A stretch of 64,000 nucleotides of DNA from Nitrosopumilus sp. GTDB taxonomy: Archaea > Thermoproteota > Nitrososphaeria > Nitrososphaerales > Nitrosopumilaceae. Shown piece after piece: positions 21,101 through 29,685 of the stretch. The translations under genes and the position numbers were made by a program. Under the pieces are notes generated by a model. That model saw only the letters and a list, made by a program, of their open reading frames with translations, did not search any database and was not told where the DNA came from. The stretch's first letter is position 1. Each line of letters begins with the position of its first letter. The stretch is from positions 576,001 to 640,000 of the forward strand of contig OZ242041.1 in NCBI GenBank assembly GCA_965205215.1, written 5' to 3'.

Positions 21101-24100
21101 TGCCCTCGATGGCGTACCTGTCGGACGGCTCGGCTAGTCTGAGCCTGTCGCTGAACGCCTCGACGGTCTTGTCGTCGTCGGACCATGTGTATACGACGCG
21201 ATCCATTGTCTGGTCGGTTGCGAGCTGCACGTTGTGTACGGCCGGTATCTCCGCCATATTGCCGATTACGGCCCTGGTTATGGGCGGGAATCCGCTGTTC
21301 TGGGAGGATATCGGCGTGGGTGTCATGTCGACGCTGTTGCTGCTAGAGGGTGCCTGTGGCACTGTCACAGTAACGTTGTTTGAATACGCGGTGTTGGTAC
21401 CATCGTTTACTGTCAGTCGTACTTTGACAGGATTGCTCAGATCTACGGTATCAAGGGCAGAAATTGTCGCCGTGGTGAATATGCTACCGTCAGCTCCGGA
21501 TGTGACCGCTCCAACAGTAGCAACAGATGCCGTCGTGTGATCGGGCATCTCCAGGTTAACAGTCTGACCTGACGCTACCAACTCCGTACCGACTATTGCA
21601 AAGGTGAGCGCAGGGTCGTCAGAGTCTCCCGTAGTTACAGTGGCGCTGTCCAGGGTCAGTATAGGCGGTATGTTTGCCGTCACGTTGCCTGAGGTGGCGA
21701 TGTTGTCACCACTTCCTGCCTGTAGCCTGAATGTGGTAATACCGGACAGTGAGATGTCAGTGAGCTGTGCTGCGGTGGATATGGAAGCGTCCGCAGTGGT
21801 TGCGGACACAACATCACCTGGAACCAGTACAAATGCACCTTCTTTCAGTACGAACAGTTGAACAGCGTCACCACCTACCATTTCCGAACCGGTTACGTTC
21901 AACGTCAGTTGACCGTCCGTAACAGCGCCCCACGTTCTAAATGGAACGACACTGTCCAGAGTCAGCGCAGGTGGTATGTTTACCGTCATGTTGTCTGAAT
22001 AGGCAACGTTAGTACCAGTTCCTGCCTGCAGCCTAAAGTCGGTAGGACCGGACAGCGCGATGTGGCTTGTGGTCACGGTACCGAAAATGGTGCCGTCACC
22101 GGCAGTTGCAGTGCTAACATCAACATTTGCGAAGCCAGCTACAGCCTCGGATGGAACCAGATTGACGGTTCCACTAGCGAGTTCGCTGCCTGACAATCTC
22201 AGACTGAGAGAGCCCTCAGACCACGTACCTGGCAGTGATAGGCTGTCCAGCGTCACCACTGCGGGTATCGGCACGGAGACGCTGGGCGATGTGATGGTCG
22301 AACTTCCAAGCGCCAGCTTGAAGTCTACTGTCTTGCCGGATGTCGTGATGTCCACTAGGTCCGCGTCGCCGAATATTCCGGTCGAATTGACCACGAAGTT
22401 GGCCACTGTGACTGTGGCTGCGTTGGGATCGTCAGAATCGTACGTCAGGGTTGCAGCGCTTGTGATGGCACTCGGCAGCACGGTGTTGTTCGTGCCGGTT
22501 ATCACCAAGTCGAGTGAGCTGTCAGCCCACGTTCCATCTATGGCGATGTCTACATCCAGCAATACCGGAACGGTTGTGGATCTAGCGCCTGACTGTGCGA
22601 TGACCTCCCCATCTTCCACAACTACCAGTACAAACTGGGTGTTGCCGGTTATGGAGGCGTCAGTCATATTCCTTGTGGTACTGCCGTCGGTGGCGTCAAA
22701 TTCGATTTCGCTCAGACCTCTTAATGGGGATGCGGGATCGTCTAGTGTAGCCAGCTCCACGGTGTATCCTGGTGCCATACCCACTCCCTCACTACCTATC
22801 ATTCGTAGTTCGAGGTAGGGGGTCTGGGTGGTGTCAGTTGAACTTGCATCATCAATAACCCACTGTTGTGCAGCCTGTATGCTGAACAGTTCCAGTATCG
22901 GCGGGATGTTCACGGTAAACTCGTTTGACTCGGCTCCCTGCGGAGAGACCAGCTGGAACGTGATGGATCCAGAGGCTCCGATGTTGGTCAGGGCCACCGT
23001 GCCGTTTATGCTGCCGTCGTTGGCTACGGGTACGGAAACCGGGGCAAAGCCCTCGATGTCATCCGTGGTGAGCTGTATGTTCCGCTCAGATGAGGATACG
23101 GTTCCCGTCACTGTCAGCTCGTACACTCCGTTGTCCCACCCGTCGGCGTCCCTGACGATGTTCGACAGTACCACGGGCAGTCCTACGATGACTGATCTTT
23201 CTGCAGTTGCACTGTTGTTAGAGCTGTCCGTACAGGTGTACAGTACAGTGTAGGTGTTGACTATGCGGGTGTTTACGGTATCACCGGATACATCGGCCGC
23301 CTTGTCTGCGTCGACGTTGTCTTCACAGACGGCGCCCTGCTCGGTGTAGGTTCCACCCTGCACTATCCTGACGGTGGCATCACCGTTCAGCGTGACTGTG
23401 GGTGCCTCGGTGTCGGCCTCTTCGACCGTTACCGTCCTGTCTACCGGTGTTGCGTCGTTGTTAGAGCTGTCCGTACAGGTGTACGTTATCGTCTGGGGGC
23501 CAAGCGTGCTGGTGTCTACGGTACCTGACGGCGTGGCCGCCTTGTCTGCGTCGACGTTGTCTTCACAGATGGCTCCCGGATCGGTATAGGTTCCGCCCTC
23601 CATCACCGTGTCGGCTGCATTGCCGTTCAGCGTGATCGTGGGTGCCGTGGTGTCGGCCTCTATGACCTCTACGGTCCTGGATACGGACGTTGCTGGGTTT
23701 CCAGCGTCGTCCGTACAGGCGTACGTTATGGTGTATGTGCCAGTCGTAGCGGTATTTACGGTACCGGACGGCGTGGCCGCCTTGTCCGCGTCGACGTTGT
23801 CGTCACAGACGGCGCCCTGCTCGTTGTAGGTTCCGCCCTGCACTATTGTGACAGTGGCATCACCGTTCAGCGTGATTGTGGGTGCCGTGGTGTCGGCCTC
23901 CACGACGGTTACGGTCCTGGATACGGACGTTGCGCTGTTTCCAGAGCTGTCCGCACAGGAGTACGTTACCGTGTAGGTGCCAACCGTATTGACGTCTACG
24001 TTGCCGGACGGCGTGGCCGCCTTGTCCGCGTCGCGGTCGTCGTCACAGACGGCGCCCTGCTCGGTGTAGGCTGTGCCCTGCACCAGAGTAACGTCGCCGC

Positions 24101-25553
24101 CGTTGAGCGTGATTGTGGGTGCCGTGTTGTCGTCCTCTGCCAGGTCGACCCATTCCACGTCGCCCGTGGCCGACGCCAGCGTAACCGGTGAACCTATCCT
24201 GATTGATGGCACCAGCAGGCTGTTCGGATTGGCCACCGTGAGATCGTCCTCTGCGAGGGGATTCACGTTGGCATCCATGTCGGTCAGTACGATGGGTATG
24301 CGCTCGCCAGAGTTCCAGACGCCGTCAGACACGTCGAGGGATAGCTCGGCAAAGAAGTGTCCTATGACCCCGGACTTTGCGTCCGGAGAGCTGTAGTCCA
24401 CCTCGAAGCTGTTGCCCCTCAGCGCGTCGTCAAGTACGACGATGTTGGACCTCTGGTCCTCGGCCCAGTTTATGAACACGTTGTTGTTGGAGCCGTCCTC
24501 CACGAATCCGATGGCAAAGTTGCCGGGAGTGAATACCGTAGAAGCGCCGGCTTCCAGCTTGCCCTGATTGGGCACGCAGGCGCCGTAGTCGTCAACCACG
24601 AGATAGTCCTGGCTTGCATCATCTTCATTCTGGATTCCAAAGTCCTTTGTCACCTGGCACTCGATCACGTCGTTGCCCTGTCCGCCCCTGACGATACTTA
24701 CTGTCTCGTCAATGCCGGCCTCAGAGCCAACGCTGCTGATCTCGGAGTTCATCGCGTTTACCGGATTTCCGTCCTCGTCAAACAGGTTGTAGTACGCCGC
24801 ACCGTTCTGGGTGTCGAACACCCACGTGTCCTCGTCCGTCGGGTCTATGTTTAGCGCATAGTCCATCAGGGCGATGTGCACGTGAGCGCTCTGCGGGTAC
24901 TTTTGCCTGTCAAGTGAGTGTGACTCTGACGGGTCGTCAAACGTGAGGGTGACACTCTCTTGGGTGCCGCCCCTGTTGTAGACGATTTCCACGTCAGACA
25001 GTGACGTAAAGTCGTACACCTGGATGAACGGCCACAGGTCCGCGTTGGACAGACCAAGCTGTCCAAGCGAGTTGCCGTCATAGTTGGTCAGGTCGCGGGG
25101 CTCCCTTATCAGGGGGTGGCCTCCGTCGCCTACGTCTGCATTGGTACAGCTCGAGCCTGGCGGCAGGTAAATGCCGTTGCCGTCGCTTAGTTCAAGGCCA
25201 GTCACCGATGATGCCTGAGCCTCTGTACAGTATTCGCCGTAGGGGAGGCTGTCAATGCCCGCCAGTGCGTCTTCCTCGGCAAAGTATGCCGTCCAGTAGC
25301 CGTTGGCAGTCTGAAGCATCCTCAGGTCCGCACCATTTACGGTAACCTCTGGCTCTGCCTCTCCCTCGTCGGTATCTCCTATTGTATCATCTCTTATGAT
25401 TACTTCAATGATGTTTCCTTCGGCAAACATGTTGTCGGGATCCTGGCCCTCTGCAGACACGTACAGGTGCGGGTTACTCGTGCTCACTTCCGCAAACACG
25501 GGGTCCACGCCTGGTATCGCAAAGGTCAGCCCTCCGGCGACCATGATTGCCAT
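18144..25553 (-). CDS. slaA: S-layer protein SlaA-like, 2469 aa, with large Ig-like insert; signal-peptide n-region missing in frame
   Basis: IMVAGGLTFAIPG signal core, LYVSAE, EPEVTVNG, WPFIQ SlaA motifs; C-terminus nearly identical to gene 1. Confidence 0.9.
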   Translation of the reverse strand: MAIMVAGGLTFAIPGVDPVFAEVSTSNPHLYVSAEGQDPDNMFAEGNIIEVIIRDDTIGDTDEGEAEPEVTVNGADLRMLQTANGYWTAYFAEEDALAGIDSLPYGEYCTEAQASSVTGLELSDGNGIYLPPGSSCTNADVGDGGHPLIREPRDLTNYDGNSLGQLGLSNADLWPFIQVYDFTSLSDVEIVYNRGGTQESVTLTFDDPSESHSLDRQKYPQSAHVHIALMDYALNIDPTDEDTWVFDTQNGAAYYNLFDEDGNPVNAMNSEISSVGSEAGIDETVSIVRGGQGNDVIECQVTKDFGIQNEDDASQDYLVVDDYGACVPNQGKLEAGASTVFTPGNFAIGFVEDGSNNNVFINWAEDQRSNIVVLDDALRGNSFEVDYSSPDAKSGVIGHFFAELSLDVSDGVWNSGERIPIVLTDMDANVNPLAEDDLTVANPNSLLVPSIRIGSPVTLASATGDVEWVDLAEDDNTAPTITLNGGDVTLVQGTAYTEQGAVCDDDRDADKAATPSGNVDVNTVGTYTVTYSCADSSGNSATSVSRTVTVVEADTTAPTITLNGDATVTIVQGGTYNEQGAVCDDNVDADKAATPSGTVNTATTGTYTITYACTDDAGNPATSVSRTVEVIEADTTAPTITLNGNAADTVMEGGTYTDPGAICEDNVDADKAATPSGTVDTSTLGPQTITYTCTDSSNNDATPVDRTVTVEEADTEAPTVTLNGDATVRIVQGGTYTEQGAVCEDNVDADKAADVSGDTVNTRIVNTYTVLYTCTDSSNNSATAERSVIVGLPVVLSNIVRDADGWDNGVYELTVTGTVSSSERNIQLTTDDIEGFAPVSVPVANDGSINGTVALTNIGASGSITFQLVSPQGAESNEFTVNIPPILELFSIQAAQQWVIDDASSTDTTQTPYLELRMIGSEGVGMAPGYTVELATLDDPASPLRGLSEIEFDATDGSTTRNMTDASITGNTQFVLVVVEDGEVIAQSGARSTTVPVLLDVDIAIDGTWADSSLDLVITGTNNTVLPSAITSAATLTYDSDDPNAATVTVANFVVNSTGIFGDADLVDITTSGKTVDFKLALGSSTITSPSVSVPIPAVVTLDSLSLPGTWSEGSLSLRLSGSELASGTVNLVPSEAVAGFANVDVSTATAGDGTIFGTVTTSHIALSGPTDFRLQAGTGTNVAYSDNMTVNIPPALTLDSVVPFRTWGAVTDGQLTLNVTGSEMVGGDAVQLFVLKEGAFVLVPGDVVSATTADASISTAAQLTDISLSGITTFRLQAGSGDNIATSGNVTANIPPILTLDSATVTTGDSDDPALTFAIVGTELVASGQTVNLEMPDHTTASVATVGAVTSGADGSIFTTATISALDTVDLSNPVKVRLTVNDGTNTAYSNNVTVTVPQAPSSSNSVDMTPTPISSQNSGFPPITRAVIGNMAEIPAVHNVQLATDQTMDRVVYTWSDDDKTVEAFSDRLRLAEPSDRYAIEGKSKIIVYGWEPPTFADGVTTLFNWNFGGINYDGIAPDAVITDIRLANVHHNQSVSLGNGASGLVDITAMEDDIEALGDTVDLIIFIGNTDLGHVCGDLMLVADFFTFGQNENGRVNDAIYRIEVEEASSNSADYEGTVEYTMLNQLNIDDPSTYTDLRPISDQISIIVHEDFTDEDSVRVNYLDLGADGVSTQIAIQQAAPTHSAVVSFDAESYKVADTVTITLEDADLNVDNDVIDIYTFSSELADYIGDDQAYILDVTFDDELWTGGCGVDGFSSTGFTLQETTATSGVFTGDFQIPEYYCQGGATGTVVSVTGVDIEVNYQDFRDASGEEIEVGAGAAVRANTGTVSLDRTVYPVPFAADVFEHTTGFLGQHDLTVHVTIDDPDFDISAAGEDVITNATEYLTVQVIRGSATHTIDLESAQILETAPDSGAFELDLGLAYDDGPDDSILQGDILQVEYRDPTDASGEENTVTDSATFDLRNGVLQSDKSVYIIGSDMILTLIEPDLDLENDGAESYTLDLIEWDSDAATLGMNNAVFDPEPSELRETGDSTGIFQVIAEIPAEIDGDRLERGEEIELEYVDWGPSGADYVGDESEDVGLTVYTSNFGATIELDQKVYTWTDKVYITIVAPDHNFDSALVDEIGDSNLDPIQVSTRSADIDNYKLVETGPDTGIFTGEVILIGFDHNADGDTETGTDAGYDNPQRDTSEDGSGPTNGYLQTDDDDGITVSFEYSEDETVVGSALIRWNIGEVQWLESSYPASGTGVVRVIDPDMNWNPEAVNNFVVDVWSDADNGGIDLTVTETNEATGIFEGTVFFTITDESSGHRLRVAEGNTVTAEYEDNTLPDPYTTADELDITATTLIGTIVPPLERAPATNLRIVDAFGNSLDTVSADQQVQIVADLANGQDRSQAFAYLVQVQDSNGVTVALSWISGTLEAGQSLSPSTSWIPSDAGTYTATAFVWESVDNPTALSPPVTTDITVS
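23185..24135 (-). repeat. Four tandem ~240-bp repeats encoding DUF5011-like Ig domains
   Basis: DTTAPTITLNG...GAVCDDNVD...YTITY.C.D repeated; nucleotide anchors at 23401, 23641, 23881, 24118. Confidence 0.85.
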
Positions 25554-25719
25554 TAGCGTTATGCTAGTATGTTTTTGTAATTTTCGTTCTCACCCGCTGC
25601 CCCCGAGCACAAATCCTGCACCGCGGGCGTCTTTTACGCACGGCAGGCGGCCGTGCGGCGGACTGTCAAGAAAATTTATCTAGTTACGGATGTTTTTTGA
25701 CACGGCGCATTAAGTAAGA

Positions 25720-27366
25720 TTGGCACGCGTATGGTGTATGAACGGCAGGCCCGAGATCATGTATGCGGTCATGCGCAAGCCGACTGCCGCCGACTGTGAG
25801 CGGGCCAAGGTCCCGAAGAGGTTGGTGGGCATATTCGAGTCCTTTGAGCCCGGCAGGAGGTTCACCTGCAGGGAGATCTACAGCGAGCACAGGCCCCGCC
25901 TGCCGGAAAACGACTCCACTGCCATCTCGGTGGTGAGCCGCGGGCTTGCCGCGGTCGCAAAGACCGGCGCCCTTGACAGGGTGGAGGACGGGCACATACC
26001 CGACGAGTTTCTGGGCCTGAGGACCGTCTCGTTCTGGCTGGGACAGCTCCGCGGCAGCGCGAGGACCAACGTCGGCGGCTCCGGCAACACCACGCGCTCG
26101 TCATACGCGAGGCACCTGTGGCGCTTCAACAGGTGGCTTACAAGCGGCACGCACGAGATCCACGTGGCAAGGTACAGGGCCGGCAGGAGGAGGTGCTCCG
26201 GGGGGTGCACGGTGGCAGGCGGCTCCACCGCGCGCGTGAGCCAGGCCGCCTTTGGGAGCGTCGAGGACCTGATAGAGCTGCTGGCAAGGCCGCTGGCAGT
26301 ACGCTCGGACGTTGCCGTCATAGTAAAGCGGTACCTGATGGATCCGGCGCACCGGGGAAAGAGGGCGTCGACAATGACCTCTACCAGAAACGCCATCCTG
26401 TCATACTTCAAGCGCAACGAGCAGCGTCTCGAGGTCGCATTTGATCCCGCCGCCACATACGACACCACGGAGACGGTCCAGACGCTCACGCTCGGGGACG
26501 TGCGCGAGATGCTGACCGCAGCGGGCCCCACCATAGTGGAAAAGGCCGTAATGCTCTGCAAGCTGCACAGGGGGCTTGACGTCTCCACGCTGATAGACCG
26601 GTTCAACTTTGAGGCCTGGGGGCAGATGGCGCGCCACTTTGGATCGGAGGATCATCATATGTGGGACCTAGGCAGGTGCCCCGTGCCCATCACGCTGACG
26701 CGCCTGAAGACGGGGTACACGCACCTGGGATTCCTGGAGCGGGACGCGGTGGCCGCCGTGCAGGAATACCTGGACTGGCGCCGCTCAAGGACGGGGCGCG
26801 ACATGAGCGGGGACCTCCCACTGTTCCTGTCGAACGCGCTAAAGCCCATCGGGAGCGGGTGGGTGACAAACGCGTTCTCGAGGCTGGCCTGGGGCTCCGG
26901 CGTGCAGCAGAAGACCGGCAAGAACTCGTGGCGCGTGGACTCGCACGAGATGCGCTCCCTCCTAAAGTCCACGCTCATAGAGTGCGGCTGCCGGATGGAC
27001 GTGGCAGACCACGTGATTGGGCACAAGCCAAAGGACACGTATGAAAAGCAGTTCATCCTTTACGGGGAGACCGTGAGGGCCGAGTACGCAAAGGCGGCCC
27101 ACCTGCTCAACATATTCAGCGGGCCACGGGGAGAGGGCGGAGGAGGCGCCGGCGGTTTGGGCAAAGACGACCAGGCCGATATGCGCGCAGTCCGCGACAG
27201 GCTGCAGCAGATGATGCGTGCGGGGGGCTCCCCGGATCCCGACGCGCTGATCGGCGAGGTCGCAAGGATCATCTGCATGAGCAACAGGCACGCAAGGGAG
27301 ATCCGGGACGCGATCGGGGCCCTGTGCGTCGGCATAAAAGATGGTGCATACGCGCGCGGCACATGA
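25720..27366 (+). CDS. Tyrosine recombinase/integrase-like protein 1
   Basis: HEMR, VIGH, YEK motifs; the first catalytic Arg position reads HRGLDV. Start is uncertain. Confidence 0.8.
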   Translation: MARVWCMNGRPEIMYAVMRKPTAADCERAKVPKRLVGIFESFEPGRRFTCREIYSEHRPRLPENDSTAISVVSRGLAAVAKTGALDRVEDGHIPDEFLGLRTVSFWLGQLRGSARTNVGGSGNTTRSSYARHLWRFNRWLTSGTHEIHVARYRAGRRRCSGGCTVAGGSTARVSQAAFGSVEDLIELLARPLAVRSDVAVIVKRYLMDPAHRGKRASTMTSTRNAILSYFKRNEQRLEVAFDPAATYDTTETVQTLTLGDVREMLTAAGPTIVEKAVMLCKLHRGLDVSTLIDRFNFEAWGQMARHFGSEDHHMWDLGRCPVPITLTRLKTGYTHLGFLERDAVAAVQEYLDWRRSRTGRDMSGDLPLFLSNALKPIGSGWVTNAFSRLAWGSGVQQKTGKNSWRVDSHEMRSLLKSTLIECGCRMDVADHVIGHKPKDTYEKQFILYGETVRAEYAKAAHLLNIFSGPRGEGGGGAGGLGKDDQADMRAVRDRLQQMMRAGGSPDPDALIGEVARIICMSNRHAREIRDAIGALCVGIKDGAYARGT

Positions 27367-27686
27367 AAAAGAAAGTACTGGGAAGAATACGGTGCGATCA
27401 TACCTTTCAAGCGTCTCGGCACCGGATCCCGACGGTGCCTGGAGCCAATTCTGTAATCGTGTTCGAGATGTAGCAGCATGGGCCCGTCAAGGAAGGATGG
27501 CTGCAAAACAATGACGTGTAGGATGATCCCAGTCTATTTTGTAAAAGATCTTGTATGGAAATCTACAGATTCCTGTATCGCTCCCTGGGACGAAATTTTT
27601 AATGATCGTCACTCTGGCTTGTAATTCTGATGTGAATTGTTTTAGGACGCTTCAGTAAAGGGGCTGCAGATTGGGAAGCGCAGCGA

Positions 27687-27986
27687 CTATTTTGGAGTGT
27701 TTAATCCGGGCATTTTAGTCATTTTCTCAAGCCTGCCTCTGAGGTATCTCATGCGCTCCTCTTCTGGCATGTATCGGGCGTGCTCGTGCATGTCTGAGAC
27801 ATACTTTGAGAGCATCCTGTCAAAGTTCCTGTCGATTATCTTGGTGGCCTTGTACAGGTTGTCCAGGTGCAGGTTATCCAGGTCGTCCTTTCTGCCAATG
27901 TAATACTGGGACTTGCCTGCCAGCAGGTAGATGTACTCGATCCCCTGCCGCTTCCTTATGTAGATGGTCATTATGCTTTGTATCAT
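27687..27986 (-). CDS. Small hypothetical protein (DUF6788/excisionase-like N-terminus)
   Basis: IYIRKRQGIEYIYL...YIG pattern; divergent from integrase 2. Confidence 0.55.
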   Translation of the reverse strand: MIQSIMTIYIRKRQGIEYIYLLAGKSQYYIGRKDDLDNLHLDNLYKATKIIDRNFDRMLSKYVSDMHEHARYMPEEERMRYLRGRLEKMTKMPGLNTPK

Positions 27987-28038
27987 CCTAAATGGTATAA
28001 CTTAAATAAAGCTATGTATCATCTAAGATTGTACAAAA

Positions 28039-29301
28039 ATGGCATCTGGGAATATGCTCAAAGGTAAAATCGCTGCAGGGCCCTTCATACGCAAGGGTAA
28101 AGTCGCCGAGAGGCTGACCGGTATGGGAAAAGAGCAGCCGCACGCAAGGGACGGCAACGCTGCCAAACAGACAAAACGATCCAGACTGCTTGCAAACCCC
28201 GACATCAAGCGATGGTATGACAACCTGGCACGGGGCAGCCCGCACACCGCAGAGGGCCGCCTCAGGCGTCTGGGACGGTTCTGCGAGATCCACCAGATGA
28301 CGCCGATGCAGATGGCGGATTTGGCAACAAGGGATCTGAGGACTGCAACCGACCTGCTGGAGGACCACATCACCATGATGGAGTCGCAGGGCTACTCGCC
28401 CGGGTATGTGGAGGAACAGGTCAAGACCGTAAAGTCGTGGCTGAGGCACTTTGATGTAGAGATACGGCGCAAGATCAGGGTGGCGTCTGCAAACTACACG
28501 CCCACCCTCCAGAACGAGCGGGTGCCGGACGCCTCGGAGATGTCCGAGATATACGACAGGGCCGGCCTGCGCCAGTCAGTCATCATATCGCTGATGGCAA
28601 AGTCCGGCCTGAGGCCAGAGGTAATCGGGAACCACAACGGGACGGACGGGCTGCAGATCAGGGACCTACCCGATCTGGTGATCCACCAGGGTGTCGTGAA
28701 GTGCATGAGGATGCCAAGCCGCATAACGGTGAGGCGCGAGCTGTCAAAGGCGCGCCACCAGTACCTTACATTCTCTACCGCGTCCGCGGCAAAGCAGATC
28801 GTGTCATACCTGAACGACAGGCTCGCGCACGGCGAGCCGCTCCACGCAAATTCGCCGATTGTGGCGCCCGACTACATCTACAGGACATACAGGGGAAGAA
28901 ACTCCGCAAAGACGTTCCTGCCCACCGCGCAGATAAGTAAGCAGGTCCGCAATACGTTTCGTCCGCGATTCACGTGGAGGCCGTACGTACTGCGGGCGTA
29001 CTTTGACACCCAGCTCCTCATAGCGGAGGCAAAGGGCGTGATGGTGCACGACTTTCGGGTCTTCTTCATGGGCCACAAGGGCTCGATGGAGTCCCGATAT
29101 ACGACAAACAAGGGCATGCTACCAGACGTGCTGCTAGACGCGATGCGGGACGCGTTTGCAAGGTCTGAGGAATACCTAGACCAGAACGGCAAGACCGCCG
29201 ACCCCATGCTGGAGCAGAAGCAGCAGATCCAGACGATGGTGGAGAACGCAACGCCGCAGCAGCTTGGCCGCGTACTAGAGGCACTTGCAACGTGCCGGTA
29301 A
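28039..29301 (+). CDS. Tyrosine integrase 2 (archaeal type; start possibly 28123)
   Basis: RWYDNLARGS, SGLRPE, SKA, RPYVLRAYF, FMGHKG, RY. Confidence 0.9.
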   Translation: MASGNMLKGKIAAGPFIRKGKVAERLTGMGKEQPHARDGNAAKQTKRSRLLANPDIKRWYDNLARGSPHTAEGRLRRLGRFCEIHQMTPMQMADLATRDLRTATDLLEDHITMMESQGYSPGYVEEQVKTVKSWLRHFDVEIRRKIRVASANYTPTLQNERVPDASEMSEIYDRAGLRQSVIISLMAKSGLRPEVIGNHNGTDGLQIRDLPDLVIHQGVVKCMRMPSRITVRRELSKARHQYLTFSTASAAKQIVSYLNDRLAHGEPLHANSPIVAPDYIYRTYRGRNSAKTFLPTAQISKQVRNTFRPRFTWRPYVLRAYFDTQLLIAEAKGVMVHDFRVFFMGHKGSMESRYTTNKGMLPDVLLDAMRDAFARSEEYLDQNGKTADPMLEQKQQIQTMVENATPQQLGRVLEALATCR

Positions 29302-29449
29302 GACGGGCCGGGAGCAACAGCGGGCAGCTGGCTGCGGATCCCGATGAGGCCGAAGAACTGATAACTCTGGCTGCAGGTTAGTATGATGCCTGTCTATGGC
29401 AAGGTCGTGCTGGAACGAGCGGATAAGGGGAACCCGAATCCACAGTGGA

Positions 29450-29464
29450 AGCGGGTCTAGAGGG
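29450..29464. repeat. Candidate att core agcgggtctagaggg (direct repeat with 53849-53863)
   Basis: Exact 15-bp match; both copies lie next to an integrase, and GC falls sharply just after this copy. Confidence 0.55.
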
Positions 29465-29685
29465 AACAGTCCCTATACGGTACTACTTCTAAGCTCTTAG
29501 TTATAGTACGGTAATACCATTAATTAAGGTTTTGAATCAAGAATTTTTCCAGCTTTACATTCGAGTCATTTTAAGATGCTTTGAAACGTATCTTTAATCG
29601 ACCATATTCACAATCAGTTAAGATTTGAGCTCATCTTTGCTCTAACACGTACTGTCACTCATTGATAATAAAAAATCACTAAGTA

